From an uncultured Synergistaceae bacterium (GTDB taxonomy: Bacteria > Synergistota > Synergistia > Synergistales > Aminobacteriaceae), in NCBI GenBank assembly GCA_964543785.1, contig CAZJAR010000001.1:4909-68908 (forward strand): a stretch of 64,000 nt of DNA, written 5' to 3'. The notes under the pieces are model-generated. The model made no database searches. It worked only from the letters and a program-made list of their open reading frames with translations, and was not told the DNA's origin. This document shows positions 1-9,675 of the stretch, piece by piece; within the stretch, counting starts at the first letter, position 1, and each line of letters starts with the position of its first letter. The position numbers and the translations under genes are program-made.

Positions 1-2
1 GG

Positions 3-155
3 CTGGGATTCCTCATGATGCAGGCGAACGCACGGCTCAGGGTGGATCTTGTCTTCGCCTCCATTGCCGTCCTGTCCGCAATAAGCCTTTCTCTCTGGGG
101 AGCCGTCAGTTTTCTCGAGAAAAAAACCGTCCGATGGGCGGAAATGTACCGGTGA
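3..155 (+). CDS. ABC transporter permease, 3' end only (SsuC/ThiX-like)
   Basis: Frame 3 reads LGFLMMQANARLRVDLVFASIAVLSAISLSLWGAVSFLEKKTVRWAEMYR*, a typical SsuC/TauC/ThiX C-terminus; lies directly upstream of an NMT1-family binding protein; truncated by the window edge. Confidence 0.7.
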   Translation: MGFLMMQANARLRVDLVFASIAVLSAISLSLWGAVSFLEKKTVRWAEMYR

Positions 156-199
156 CGCCTCCGCGCACCGGGAAACTCAAATGAACAGGAGGAAACGCC

Positions 200-1141
200 A
201 TGAAACGAAATTTCGCCTTTCCGCTGCTGATCCTTTTTCTGTTCCTGCTTTTCGCCGCTCCTGCCCCGGGCGAAGAAAAACTGAGCCTCATGCTTGACTG
301 GTTCCCCAATGTTGACCACGTTCCGCTCTTCGCCGCCCGGCAGGGGGGCATTTTCTCGAGACACGGCCTCTCGGTGGAGATGCTGAGCCCCTCCGACAGC
401 GCGGATCCGCTCAAGCTTGCAGCCGCCGGCCACGTTGACCTCGCTCTTTCATATCAGCCCCAGGCGATTATCGCCGCATCAGAGGGAATACCGCTGAAGG
501 CTGTGGGCCGCCTGGTAGGAAGCCCTCTCACAACTCTCCTTTTTCTTGACGGGAAAGGAATAGCCTCTCCGGCGGATCTGGAGGGCAAAACCATAGGCTA
601 CACCGTACCCGGCATGATGGACCACTTGCTCGACGCTTTTGCCGCTCTGAACGGAATCCGGAATTTTACCCCGGTCAACACGGGATTCGTCATCCTTCAG
701 TCCCTGGCGGCAGGGAAGGTTGATGCGGTGATGGGCCCATTCAAAAATTACGAACCCGTTGCCATGGAAATGGAAGGCTGCCCGGCCTCCTTCTTCGAAC
801 TGGAGAAATACGGCATTCCAGCATATGATGAGCTGGTTTTCGTTTGCGGCACCATGACCTGGGAAAAGAAAGGCGAGACGGTGAAGAAGTTCCTCGACGC
901 GCTGGAGGAAGCACTGGCCTTCACGGCCCAGCATCCTCAGGAAGCCCTGGCCCTGTATTTCGAAGCAGTTCCCGAGGCTCCGAAAGAGATGGAGAGCCGT
1001 GCCTTCGAGAAAACCAGGCTGTTGTTCGGACCGGACACCAGGCTTGATGCTGAACGCTGGAAGATCTTCGCTGATTTCGCCCTGAAGTGGGGCTTGACCG
1101 GAAAGGAAGTGAATGTCCATGAAATCGTGGCTGAGAGGTGA
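200..1141 (+). CDS. ABC substrate-binding protein, NMT1/THI5 family (ThiY-like, HMP precursor uptake)
   Basis: Signal peptide; LDWFPNVDH and GKTIGY motifs; RBS AGGAGG; thiamine gene context. Confidence 0.85.
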   Translation: MKRNFAFPLLILFLFLLFAAPAPGEEKLSLMLDWFPNVDHVPLFAARQGGIFSRHGLSVEMLSPSDSADPLKLAAAGHVDLALSYQPQAIIAASEGIPLKAVGRLVGSPLTTLLFLDGKGIASPADLEGKTIGYTVPGMMDHLLDAFAALNGIRNFTPVNTGFVILQSLAAGKVDAVMGPFKNYEPVAMEMEGCPASFFELEKYGIPAYDELVFVCGTMTWEKKGETVKKFLDALEEALAFTAQHPQEALALYFEAVPEAPKEMESRAFEKTRLLFGPDTRLDAERWKIFADFALKWGLTGKEVNVHEIVAER

Positions 1142-1640
1142 CGGGGATGTACACCTCAGAAAAGTGACTGTTGCAGGGCTGCTCATAGCAGCCGGGGTTC
1201 TTCTTTCAGGGATTTCTTTTCCCATGGGGCCCACGCGGTGCTACCCTTTCCAGCATACGGTTAACGTTCTCGCGGGAGCGGCCCTCGGGCCGTGGTGGGC
1301 GGCCGGCTCGGCCTTCGTTACCAGTCTCGTGAGGATCATGTCGGGAACGGGAACGCTCTTCGCCTTTCCCGGCAGCATCCCCGGGGCTCTGGCTGCAGGA
1401 TTTGCCTTCAGGTATTTCAGGACACCATGGGCAGCTCTCGCGGAACCTCTCGGGACAGGGTTCGCCGGTGCAGCAATCTCCGCCTGGATTCTCGGCCCGG
1501 CCATGGGAAAGGCGGCCGGGCTGTCGGTGCTGACGGGTGCTTTTCTTGCGAGCAGCGTCCCTGGTTCGCTCCTTGGAATGGGTCTTGTCCATGTTCTGGG
1601 AAGAACGCCGCTGGCGGATATTTTCGCAGGAGAAAGTTGA
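1119..1640 (+). CDS. thiW: ECF transporter S component ThiW (hydroxyethylthiazole uptake)
   Basis: YPFQHTVNVLAG, GTLFAFPGSIPGA and EPLGTG match ThiW; start uncertain (1113, 1119 or 1164). Confidence 0.85.
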   Translation: MKSWLRGDGDVHLRKVTVAGLLIAAGVLLSGISFPMGPTRCYPFQHTVNVLAGAALGPWWAAGSAFVTSLVRIMSGTGTLFAFPGSIPGALAAGFAFRYFRTPWAALAEPLGTGFAGAAISAWILGPAMGKAAGLSVLTGAFLASSVPGSLLGMGLVHVLGRTPLADIFAGES

Positions 1641-1717
1641 ATAGAAAAGCCTCTTCACCGTTGGATAAATCTCGTTTATAATTCTATAACTACGCATTAT
1701 GAAGAGGAGTTATCCAC

Positions 1718-2680
1718 GTGATCGCTGTGCAGCAAACCATACCCCTGAACGTTTTGAAGTGCTTCCTTACCATCAGAAGATCCAAGACGGAAAAGATTAC
1801 TGCCTTTTTCTACGAGATCCTCTCCATGGCAGGAGTCTGTTCTTCGGGAATCGGCTTTGCACGTGACGGAGAGGACGAAGAGGCCGGAATATCAGCCGAA
1901 TCTGATATCAGGGCATTCATAACCCACACGGAAAACCTGTCTGCCCGCAGGGACGAATCCGGGACAAAAATGCCCCCCATACTTCTCTCCTCCCTCCAGG
2001 GAATACTGGGCGATGCGCTCACCCCGGAAGCGGTGAGGGAAAGCCTGGACAAGGGGGAGGGGGGGAACAGGACTCTCGAGGAGCTGATCAGGGAAGAAAT
2101 CGCCGCCCGTCTCGGCTATCGGGCAACAGCCTACATCAAGGCGGAGAGAAAAAGTTCAGCAGACCTGACTGAGTATCTCGGGCCGGATTTCTCACCTGAC
2201 GGTTCGGCGGAAAGGAACGAGAATGTTCCCGAAGATGGGATCAGCTTCCTGATACCATGCACTCCTTCCATCGACCCCGTGAAGGGAGTGCCTGCAGCGG
2301 CGCTTGAAAAGGGCGACTATATCGTGGTTCATCTCCCCTCCGGGGAGTCGCCCCTCCGGGACAGGCTGCAGGCAGCGGCCCCCGGTTTCGACGGAGCTGT
2401 ACGAGGGGAAATACTGTCGGTTCACCGGGACCGGCAGGGGAATTTCACCATCCTCCTTCAGCTTTCCGACGAGTTCAACGGCGTCATAACCCTCGAGGGA
2501 AACACCAGGCTCCGCAGGGCTCAGCCCGAGACCCCGAAGGGGGAATCCGCTCCGGACTCCCCCTTCGGGAAAGGAAAGGATGAGGACGCAACCGCGCTTC
2601 CCCCTTCAGTGCTTCTCCTTCTTGCGGGCAGCGGAGCGCTCCTGCTCACTCTTCTGCTCCTTTTCAGGATTTTACGCTGA
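1718..2680 (+). CDS. Hypothetical protein with C-terminal transmembrane anchor
   Basis: 320-aa ORF, RBS GAGGAG before GTG, hydrophobic C-terminus VLLLLAGSGALLLTLLLLFRILR; function not recognised. Confidence 0.7.
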   Translation: MIAVQQTIPLNVLKCFLTIRRSKTEKITAFFYEILSMAGVCSSGIGFARDGEDEEAGISAESDIRAFITHTENLSARRDESGTKMPPILLSSLQGILGDALTPEAVRESLDKGEGGNRTLEELIREEIAARLGYRATAYIKAERKSSADLTEYLGPDFSPDGSAERNENVPEDGISFLIPCTPSIDPVKGVPAAALEKGDYIVVHLPSGESPLRDRLQAAAPGFDGAVRGEILSVHRDRQGNFTILLQLSDEFNGVITLEGNTRLRRAQPETPKGESAPDSPFGKGKDEDATALPPSVLLLLAGSGALLLTLLLLFRILR

Positions 2681-3299
2681 ATATTTTTTCAGCAAGGGAC
2701 CGTGCAGCTCCTGCGATATCCTCTCTTCCGACCACGGATGCAACCACGGCGATTCCATCCACTCCCGACGCCATGACTTCCAGGACATTGTCCCCGCGGA
2801 TACCTCCAATCGCCACGGACGGAATGGACAAACATTCACGAACGGCGCGGATGCCTTCCACGCCGATAACCGATGCGCCGGTTTTCGTCCCGGTTGGAAA
2901 TGCAGCACCGATGCCTGCATAATCCGCCCCCTGCTCTTCCGCAAGGTGCCCTTCTTCGACAGAATGGGCAGTTGCGCCGATGATAAACCCCGCTGGAGCG
3001 ATTCTCCTGACCACGTCGACTGGAAGATCTTCCATCCCAAGATGGACTCCGTGAGCTCCTGCCGCGAGTGCGATGTCCAATCGGTCGTTCACGACAAAAA
3101 CCACCCCCCTGCTTCTGCAGAGAGCCGAAAGCCTGCATGCGGTCCCGAACAGCTCCCGGCCGCTCATTTCCTTGTCCCGGAGCTGGATCATGGTCGCTCC
3201 CCCGTCTATGGCAAGCCCCGCCTGTTCTTCAAGGGAACGGGGGGCACCTGCATTTCTGTCGGGAATGACATAGAGCTTCAATGCCTGCCTGAGATTCAT
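2664..3299 (-). CDS. thiE: Thiamine-phosphate synthase
   Basis: QLRDKE, VNDRLDIALA, GVHLG, FPTGTK and AIGGI motifs. Confidence 0.95.
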   Translation of the reverse strand: MNLRQALKLYVIPDRNAGAPRSLEEQAGLAIDGGATMIQLRDKEMSGRELFGTACRLSALCRSRGVVFVVNDRLDIALAAGAHGVHLGMEDLPVDVVRRIAPAGFIIGATAHSVEEGHLAEEQGADYAGIGAAFPTGTKTGASVIGVEGIRAVRECLSIPSVAIGGIRGDNVLEVMASGVDGIAVVASVVGREDIAGAARSLAEKIFSVKS

Positions 3300-4129
3300 G
3301 GGGTTCCTCCTTTGATCTGCAGTGCTGTCATGCGCCGTCCCTGGGACAGCAGGTCATCCGGGGTTATTCCGGAGATTTCGTCCAAAAGCAGGCCGCGAAA
3401 GGATCCCGGCCCATTCGCCCTTTTCTCTGCCCGCTCTGCAGCGAGACGAAGCAGTACAATTGCCGCCGAAGTTCCAGCCGCAGCGTCACCGGGAATGAGA
3501 ACTCCCATGAGGGATCCGAGGAGGCATCCTCCGCCAGAAATCCTGCCCATGAGGGAACTTCCTCCGGAGAAGGCGACTGCCCCGCTCCCGTCGGCGAGCA
3601 GGTCAACCGGCCCCGTGGCACAGATGAGAGCACCGGTCTTCCGGGCAAGGGCTGTCATGGCAGCGGCGGATGGAGCGGTCTTCGTGCCGGAATCAACACC
3701 GCTGACCCTCCCTTTCTCTCCGGCAAGGAGCAGAATTTCACCGTAATTTCCCTTGACAACTGAAAGCCGCGCGCACTGAAGGAGCCTGTCAATGACTTCT
3801 CTTCTGAAGGAAGTCGCTCCATATCCCACCGGGTCGAATACGATGTTTCGTCCGGCCGGCATGGCGCGTTCCATGGCCGCAAGCCCTCCGTCGTCCGGGG
3901 TTCCCGTGTTGACCACGAGGGAGTCCGCGGAGGCAGCAAGTTCCGCGGCCTCTTCCGCACAACGGGACATAACGGGAGCCCCTCCGGCGGCAAGAGTACC
4001 ATCTGCCTGGAAAGAGGCCGAAACAAAACTGGTAATGGTATAGACGAGGGGACGCAGGCTTCTCGCCCGCTCGAGGGAATCGGCCCACGCACGGGGAGAA
4101 AGCGCCAGGGGACCTATTTTTCCACCCAT
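3296..4129 (-). CDS. thiM: Hydroxyethylthiazole kinase
   Basis: PLVYTITSFV, LVVNTGT, FDPVG, VKGNYGEI, RVSGVDS, SGGGCLLG; start placed at ATG 4129. Confidence 0.85.
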   Translation of the reverse strand: MGGKIGPLALSPRAWADSLERARSLRPLVYTITSFVSASFQADGTLAAGGAPVMSRCAEEAAELAASADSLVVNTGTPDDGGLAAMERAMPAGRNIVFDPVGYGATSFRREVIDRLLQCARLSVVKGNYGEILLLAGEKGRVSGVDSGTKTAPSAAAMTALARKTGALICATGPVDLLADGSGAVAFSGGSSLMGRISGGGCLLGSLMGVLIPGDAAAGTSAAIVLLRLAAERAEKRANGPGSFRGLLLDEISGITPDDLLSQGRRMTALQIKGGTP

Positions 4130-4926
4130 GGGGGAGTCACTGCGTGTCCGAGAGGTCCCCAACCGGAACCGGGACGAAAACCCGACTTCAGGGCCAGGCG
4201 GAGATACTGCCTTCCCCGCCGGACCGCTTCTTCGAGTGAGGAACCTGACGCCAGTTCAGCGGCAATGGCGGCACTCAGGGTACATCCCGTTCCATGGGTA
4301 TTTTCCGTGAGGATGCGGGAATCAGTGAACCTGGCCATCCTCCCCTGATGATAGAGGACATCGGTGACGGTATCGGCCTGCATCCTGTGGCCTCCTTTGA
4401 CAAGAACCGCACCGGGGCCGCTTCGGGCTATGATCCCGGCGGCCTTCTCCATGTCTTCAACTGATTCGATTGTCATGCCTGAGAGCCGTTCAGCCTCGGG
4501 AACATTGGGGGTCACCAGCAGGGCCAGAGGAAGCAGTTCGGCCCTGAGAACCTCCACCGCATCATCGGCAATCAGAGACGCCCCGCTCTGGGCGATCATC
4601 ACCGGGTCAACTACGAGATTGGCCACTTTCCACCGCTTGATGCCGGAAGCAACTTCCCGTATGGTTTCCGGCAGGGCGAGCATGCCTGTCTTTGCCGCAC
4701 CGACGGGGAAGTCAGACCAGAGGGCGTCCATCTGGGCACGAATCATCTCCGGCGGCACATTCCACACCGCGCTCACCTCCCGGCTGTTTTGGGCCGTCAG
4801 GGCTGAAATGACGGTCATGCCGAACACCCGAAGCGCAGCGCAGGTCTTTAGGTCAGCCTGTATTCCCGCCCCGCCGCCGGAATCGCTCCCGGCGATGGAG
4901 ACAGCTATTCCCCTGTACATCTCCAT
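4114..4926 (-). CDS. thiD: Hydroxymethylpyrimidine/phosphomethylpyrimidine kinase
   Basis: IAGSDSGGGAGIQADLKT, VDPVM, TPNVPEAE, NTHGTGCTLSAAI; RBS GGAGGTG before ATG 4926. Confidence 0.95.
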   Translation of the reverse strand: MEMYRGIAVSIAGSDSGGGAGIQADLKTCAALRVFGMTVISALTAQNSREVSAVWNVPPEMIRAQMDALWSDFPVGAAKTGMLALPETIREVASGIKRWKVANLVVDPVMIAQSGASLIADDAVEVLRAELLPLALLVTPNVPEAERLSGMTIESVEDMEKAAGIIARSGPGAVLVKGGHRMQADTVTDVLYHQGRMARFTDSRILTENTHGTGCTLSAAIAAELASGSSLEEAVRRGRQYLRLALKSGFRPGSGWGPLGHAVTPPWVEK

Positions 4927-4943
4927 AATTCCACCTCCGCATA

Positions 4944-4986
4944 ATGAAGCAGGAGGCCTCGATTTGCGCGGGCCTCCTGCTTTTCG
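4944..4986 (-). terminator. Hairpin in the TPP riboswitch expression platform
   Basis: GCAGGAGGCC...GGCCTCCTGC inverted repeat between aptamer and thiD RBS; only a weak U-tract on the minus strand. Confidence 0.6.
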
Positions 4987-5009
4987 TCTTCCCGGAACTG
5001 CACTTCCGG

Positions 5010-5105
5010 CAATGAAACTCCCTACGCCGGCATTACCCGGATCAGGTAAGGGGTCGAAGGCATTGCGCCTTCCTCTCAGCCCGCAGCGGCTCCCCCGGTA
5101 TTCTG
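5010..5105 (-). ncRNA. TPP (THI-box) riboswitch
   Basis: Minus strand reads GGGGAGC...GGCTGAGAGG...GACCCCTTACCTGATCCGGGTAATGCCGGCGTAGGGAG, matching the TPP aptamer consensus, upstream of thiD-thiM-thiE. Confidence 0.95.
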
Positions 5106-5123
5106 TTGTCGAAACTGCCTGCC

Positions 5124-5858
5124 TCAGAGCTTCTTTTCGGCCGACTCTCCGTCCGGGTTCTCCCTGGAAAGCCACTTTTCCCAGTCAAAACGGACCAGCC
5201 CGCTGAGCACGTATACCGTCATGGCCGCAAGGGGTGCAGCCGACTGAAGGGTAAGAAAGGTTACAGCGAGCACCCCGCCGAGAAGAAGTATTTTTCTCCT
5301 GTCGCCATGCCCCTTTCTCAGACCTTTCAGGCTGCTGTACGGAACGCCCGAGATCATGAGGGTTCCTGCAGCGAAGCACAGAATGCCCGCTGCGGCGGGA
5401 TGAAGGGGCACTCCGGCAAGGATGAAGGACGAAAGGAACAGCCCTCCCGCGGGGATGGGCAGCCCCTGAAAGGGACCCGGCATGTGCACAACGTTGAATC
5501 TCGCCAGGCGCAGAGCGCCGCACAGGGCGAAGAAGGCGGACGCCAGGACACCAGCCACACCCAGGGCATCCGCATAGGCAGTATACATGAGCATGGAGGG
5601 AACAACGCCGAAACTGACCACATCCGCCAGGCTGTCGAATTCAAGACCGAACTGGGTACCGCCCCCGAGGCTCCTGGCAACCTTTCCGTCCATGAAATCA
5701 AAGAACACGGCCATGAAGACAAGCCATGCCGCAGGAACCGGACGGCCGTGGAACAGGAGAATGAGCGCCATCATGCCGCACAGCAGATTTCCGCTGGTCA
5801 CCATGTTCGGGGCGATCTTGCGGAAAGGCAGCCTTCCCCGCTTTCTACGGTGTGTCAC
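5124..5858 (-). CDS. pssA: CDP-diacylglycerol--serine O-phosphatidyltransferase
   Basis: PNMVTSGNL, DFMDGKVAR, FDSLADVVSFG and RLARFN motifs; GTG start at 5858 with GGAGG. Confidence 0.92.
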   Translation of the reverse strand: MTHRRKRGRLPFRKIAPNMVTSGNLLCGMMALILLFHGRPVPAAWLVFMAVFFDFMDGKVARSLGGGTQFGLEFDSLADVVSFGVVPSMLMYTAYADALGVAGVLASAFFALCGALRLARFNVVHMPGPFQGLPIPAGGLFLSSFILAGVPLHPAAAGILCFAAGTLMISGVPYSSLKGLRKGHGDRRKILLLGGVLAVTFLTLQSAAPLAAMTVYVLSGLVRFDWEKWLSRENPDGESAEKKL

Positions 5859-6468
5859 CGGGCACCCCTCCAAGGACCGTTCTGCCGGCAAACACCTTCC
5901 TGCCGACTGCTGTTTTCAGCTCTACTCCCGCAGGGAGGTAGACATCGACCTTTGAGCCCATTTTAATCATGCCGTATCGCTCTCCTCTCGAAAGACGGTC
6001 ACCCCGGCGAAGCCTGCAGACAATCCGCCGGGCGAGGAATCCCGCAACCTGGACAAGCATCACGGGGCCGTGTTCCGTGACAAGCCCCACGCACATCCTT
6101 TCGTTGAGTTCCGAGGCCTTGGGCTCAAAGGCCATCCATTTGCGGCCCGGAATGTATTCCATCCATTCCACAGTTCCGTCGCAGGGGAAGCGGTTGACGT
6201 GAACGCTGAGGGGGTTCATAAAAATACCCACTTTTACCGCTTTCCCTGTGAAGGGGTGGTCAGTTTCAAACACTTCCACCACTTTGCCGTCTGCGGGCGA
6301 AAGGAATCCCGGCCCGTCGGGAACTCTCTCGGGATCACGGAAAAACCAGACAACCAGTCCCAGGAGGGGGGCAAGGAACAGCCCCACCATGGGAGCGAAA
6401 TAAAGGCTCCCCAGAAGCATAAAAGCGACAAATGCTATCAGGGGATATCCGTCCCGGGCTATTTTCAC
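5845..6468 (-). CDS. psd: Phosphatidylserine decarboxylase proenzyme (short type)
   Basis: FFRDPER, SPADGKV, SVHVNRFP and pyruvoyl-forming GSKVD; GTG start directly after the gyrA stop. Confidence 0.92.
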   Translation of the reverse strand: MKIARDGYPLIAFVAFMLLGSLYFAPMVGLFLAPLLGLVVWFFRDPERVPDGPGFLSPADGKVVEVFETDHPFTGKAVKVGIFMNPLSVHVNRFPCDGTVEWMEYIPGRKWMAFEPKASELNERMCVGLVTEHGPVMLVQVAGFLARRIVCRLRRGDRLSRGERYGMIKMGSKVDVYLPAGVELKTAVGRKVFAGRTVLGGVPGDTP

Positions 6469-6470
6469 AG

Positions 6471-8924
6471 TCAGTTCACCTCTACGCATTCATCGCCGCA
6501 GACCACGCTGACGTCAGCGACCGAATCGCCCTCGTCGAGACGCACGGTGATTGTACCCATGGCGGTGCGGCTCAGCCTGGGTATTTCCTTCACAGCAACC
6601 CGTATCATCCTGCCCCTGGAGGTAATGACGATGATCTCGTCTTCTTCGGCCACCGCCCAGCTGCCAACGAGAAGACCGGTCTTCTTTCCCAGATTCATGG
6701 CCTTGACACCCCGTCCTCCCCGGTGGTGGATGGTGAATTCGTCGAAGCTGGTCCTTTTGGCCACTCCCCGCTGGCTGATCACGAGAGCAAGACGGTCAGG
6801 GGTCACCACTTCGCAGCTGATGACGTAATCTCCTTCATCAAGACGGATTCCCTTCACGCCCCGGGCGGTCCGGCCCATCGGCCTGAATTCCCCCTCGGAA
6901 ACACGGAGCCCCTGGCCGTTGGCCGTCATGAAAAGCAGTTCGTCCTTTCCGGACGTCAGCCGGACCTGGGCAATTTCGTCCCCTTCGTCAAGGGTCAGGA
7001 CCCTCTTTCCCGCACGGTTGAGACGGGCTATTTCGGAGAGGGGAAGCCGCTTTGAAATGCCGTTCTTCGTTGCGAAGAAGATGAAGCTTCTTCCCTCGAG
7101 GCTTTTCCCGTACATGGAAACCACGTGCTCTCCTTCATCGAGAGGAACCAGCTTGCCGATAAGTTTTCCCTTTCCCGTTTTTGATTCGGGAATCATGTGT
7201 CCGCGGATGGCGAGGGCCCGCCCTGAGGAGGTGAAAAGGTAGATATCCTTGTGGGTGTTGGTGACGGCCACGAGAGAAATCTCATCCTCGTCCTGCAGTC
7301 CGGATCCCTTCCTGCCCTTGCCGCCCCTCGCCTGCGTGGTATATTCTTCGAGGGCTTTCCGGCGGAGATACCCGTCCTTTGAGAGAACGACCACGATGTC
7401 GTTCTCAGGAATGAGATCCTCCATGGAGACTTCTTCATAATTGTCCATGATTTCCGTCTTTCGGGGACCGCCGAATTTCCGCTTCAGCTCCGAAAGCTCT
7501 TCCCTGATGACTCCGTCAAGGGCGGAACGGTTTCCAAGAATAGTCCGGTACCGCTCAATGTCGGCGAAGAGAGCAGCCAGTTCCGCCTCGAGCTTTTCCC
7601 TCTCGAGTCCGGTAAGGCGCTGGAGCCGCATGTCGAGGATGGCCTGGGCCTGGGTCTCGGTGAAGCCGAGCTGGGAAACCAGCTCTCCCCGGGCCTCCTG
7701 GACTGTCTGGGCTCCCCGGATGACCGCGATGACACGGTCGATCATGTCGAGTGCCTTCACCAGGCCTTCCACGATGTGAGCCCTTGCGAGAGCCTTGTCA
7801 AGCCTGAACTGGGTTCTTCTCCGGACAACATCCCGCCGGTGCTCCAGGAAGTGGGAGAGCATATCCGCGATGGGAAGCTCCACGGGGTTGTTGTTTACCA
7901 GCGCCAGGTTGATCACGCCAAAGGTGGTCTGGAGCTGGGTCCTCCTGTAAAGCTGACGGAGGACAAGATCCGCGTCACCGTCCCTCTGGAGTTCAAGGAC
8001 AATGCGGAGCCCGTCGCGGTCCGATTCATCCCGTATGTCTGAAATGCCGTCCACGTGCTTCTCCTGGACACAGGAAGCAATGGTCTCGATCAGGGTCGTC
8101 TTGTTGACCATGAAGGGTATTTCTGTGATCACCACGGAGGCTTTCCCCCGCTTCCCTTCTTCAATGACGGTTTTTCCCCGGAGAATGACCTTTCCCCTGC
8201 CAGTTCTGTATGCGTCAATGATTCCGTCCCTGCCGAGAATGATCCCTCCCGTCGGGAAATCCGGCCCGGGAAGCCTGGCGTAAATTTCACCAAATTCCCA
8301 GTTCCCGTCGGAATCGATCATATACTCGAGGGCGTCGATCACTTCCGAAAGATTGTGGGGAGGTATGTTTGTGGCCATGCCCACGGCGATTCCCGAGCTT
8401 CCGTTCACGAGAAGGTTGGGAACAAGGGAAGGAAGGCAGAGGGGCTCTTTGAGGGATTCGTCAAAATTGGGCCCCCACTCCACCGTGTTTTCGTCAATGT
8501 CGGTGAGCATGAGCTCTCCCATTTCGTGGAGCTTCGCTTCGGTGTACCTCATGGCCGCAGCCGAATCTCCGTCGATGGAGCCGAAGTTTCCCTGGCCGTC
8601 AACCAGGCGGTACCTCATGCTGAAATCCTGGGCCATGCGCACCATGGTTTCGTAGATGGCGGAGTCGCCGTGGGGGTGGTATTTACCCATGGTCTCGCCA
8701 ACAACCCTGGCGGATTTCTTGTAGGAGGAACCTGAACGGAGCCCGAGTTCCATCATAGCGTACAGAATCCGCCGCTGTACGGGCTTGAGCCCGTCACGGA
8801 CATCAGGCAGAGCTCTCCCGACAATGACGCTCATGGCGTAGTCGAGGTAGCTGTGCTTGATCTCTTCCACCAGGGGGAGAGAAATTACTTTGCCGAAAAG
8901 CAGTTCACCTTTTTTTTCTTCCAT
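6471..8924 (-). CDS. gyrA: DNA gyrase subunit A
   Basis: [22 protein letters not shown], catalytic AAMRYTE, GyrA-box QARGGKG, C-terminal beta-pinwheel repeats. Confidence 0.97.
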   Translation of the reverse strand: MEEKKGELLFGKVISLPLVEEIKHSYLDYAMSVIVGRALPDVRDGLKPVQRRILYAMMELGLRSGSSYKKSARVVGETMGKYHPHGDSAIYETMVRMAQDFSMRYRLVDGQGNFGSIDGDSAAAMRYTEAKLHEMGELMLTDIDENTVEWGPNFDESLKEPLCLPSLVPNLLVNGSSGIAVGMATNIPPHNLSEVIDALEYMIDSDGNWEFGEIYARLPGPDFPTGGIILGRDGIIDAYRTGRGKVILRGKTVIEEGKRGKASVVITEIPFMVNKTTLIETIASCVQEKHVDGISDIRDESDRDGLRIVLELQRDGDADLVLRQLYRRTQLQTTFGVINLALVNNNPVELPIADMLSHFLEHRRDVVRRRTQFRLDKALARAHIVEGLVKALDMIDRVIAVIRGAQTVQEARGELVSQLGFTETQAQAILDMRLQRLTGLEREKLEAELAALFADIERYRTILGNRSALDGVIREELSELKRKFGGPRKTEIMDNYEEVSMEDLIPENDIVVVLSKDGYLRRKALEEYTTQARGGKGRKGSGLQDEDEISLVAVTNTHKDIYLFTSSGRALAIRGHMIPESKTGKGKLIGKLVPLDEGEHVVSMYGKSLEGRSFIFFATKNGISKRLPLSEIARLNRAGKRVLTLDEGDEIAQVRLTSGKDELLFMTANGQGLRVSEGEFRPMGRTARGVKGIRLDEGDYVISCEVVTPDRLALVISQRGVAKRTSFDEFTIHHRGGRGVKAMNLGKKTGLLVGSWAVAEEDEIIVITSRGRMIRVAVKEIPRLSRTAMGTITVRLDEGDSVADVSVVCGDECVEVN

Positions 8925-9044
8925 CTGTCGTCTTCAACCTCCAAAGCCGATCCGCCGTCTGACGTACGAATGTGCGGCACAACCTATGTATTTTACCATG
9001 TTCTTCCCGGCAGATCGCTATTTTCTTCCCTCCCGAACGGAGGT

Positions 9045-9575
9045 TCACCAGCGGTTGAAGCGGACCCTGTCCCTGTCAATCCCGCCGCAGGGCGGCTTCT
9101 GTTCGGCACCTCGTCCCAGGGCCGCAATCCCGACAATTTCCACCGAACCGGGAACCCCAAGGATCGGGCGAATTTTTTCGTTCCTCGGATGCCTGTCCAT
9201 AACCTTGAGCCAGACTCCCTCAAGCCCCAGGGCCCTCGCGGCGAGAAGTATATTTTCAAGGGCTGCGGCGCAGTCTTCCACCCAGGCCCGGTCTCCTTCC
9301 GGATACCCTGCCGTCTCGGCGCAGACGGCGATGGCAAGGGGAGCCTGCCGGAGCATCTTGCCCGAGTCATGGGCCTCGGCAAGATCGTCAAGGACTTTCC
9401 GGTCCTCGACGGCTATAAAAATGCAGGGCCTGCGGTTGTGAGCCGAGGGTGCGGCAAAGGCACACTCGAGGAGAACATCCCTGATCTCCGGAGAAACGGG
9501 ATCCGGGGTGAATTTCCTTATGCTCCGCCTTCCGAGTATCGTCTGTATTACCTGGTTTTCACGTATTGTCATCAT
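9045..9575 (-). CDS. Nitroreductase family protein
   Basis: RRSIRKF, APSAHNRRP, DCAAALENILLAARALGL. Confidence 0.9.
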   Translation of the reverse strand: MMTIRENQVIQTILGRRSIRKFTPDPVSPEIRDVLLECAFAAPSAHNRRPCIFIAVEDRKVLDDLAEAHDSGKMLRQAPLAIAVCAETAGYPEGDRAWVEDCAAALENILLAARALGLEGVWLKVMDRHPRNEKIRPILGVPGSVEIVGIAALGRGAEQKPPCGGIDRDRVRFNRW

Positions 9576-9675
9576 ATATACCCCTCCGGGTTTATTTTTT
9601 GTTATTTTATGATAGACTTTTCTTTATCCTGCCCGTGACCGGGCAAACGAATCAGTTTTGAAAGGAGAGACCGAC

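Noticed and set aside
2580-3746. Long antisense or alternate-frame ORFs in the track (e.g. 2580-3746+, 5106-5966+, 31523-32461-, 58000-59685+, 59919-61043+)
   Set aside because: They overlap well-supported genes on the other strand or frame and have no recognisable motifs; such ORFs are expected in GC-rich DNA
8650-8700. Quinolone-resistance change in GyrA, or a ParC identity
   Set aside because: The QRDR reads [11 protein letters not shown] with the wild-type Ser, and a GyrA-box is present
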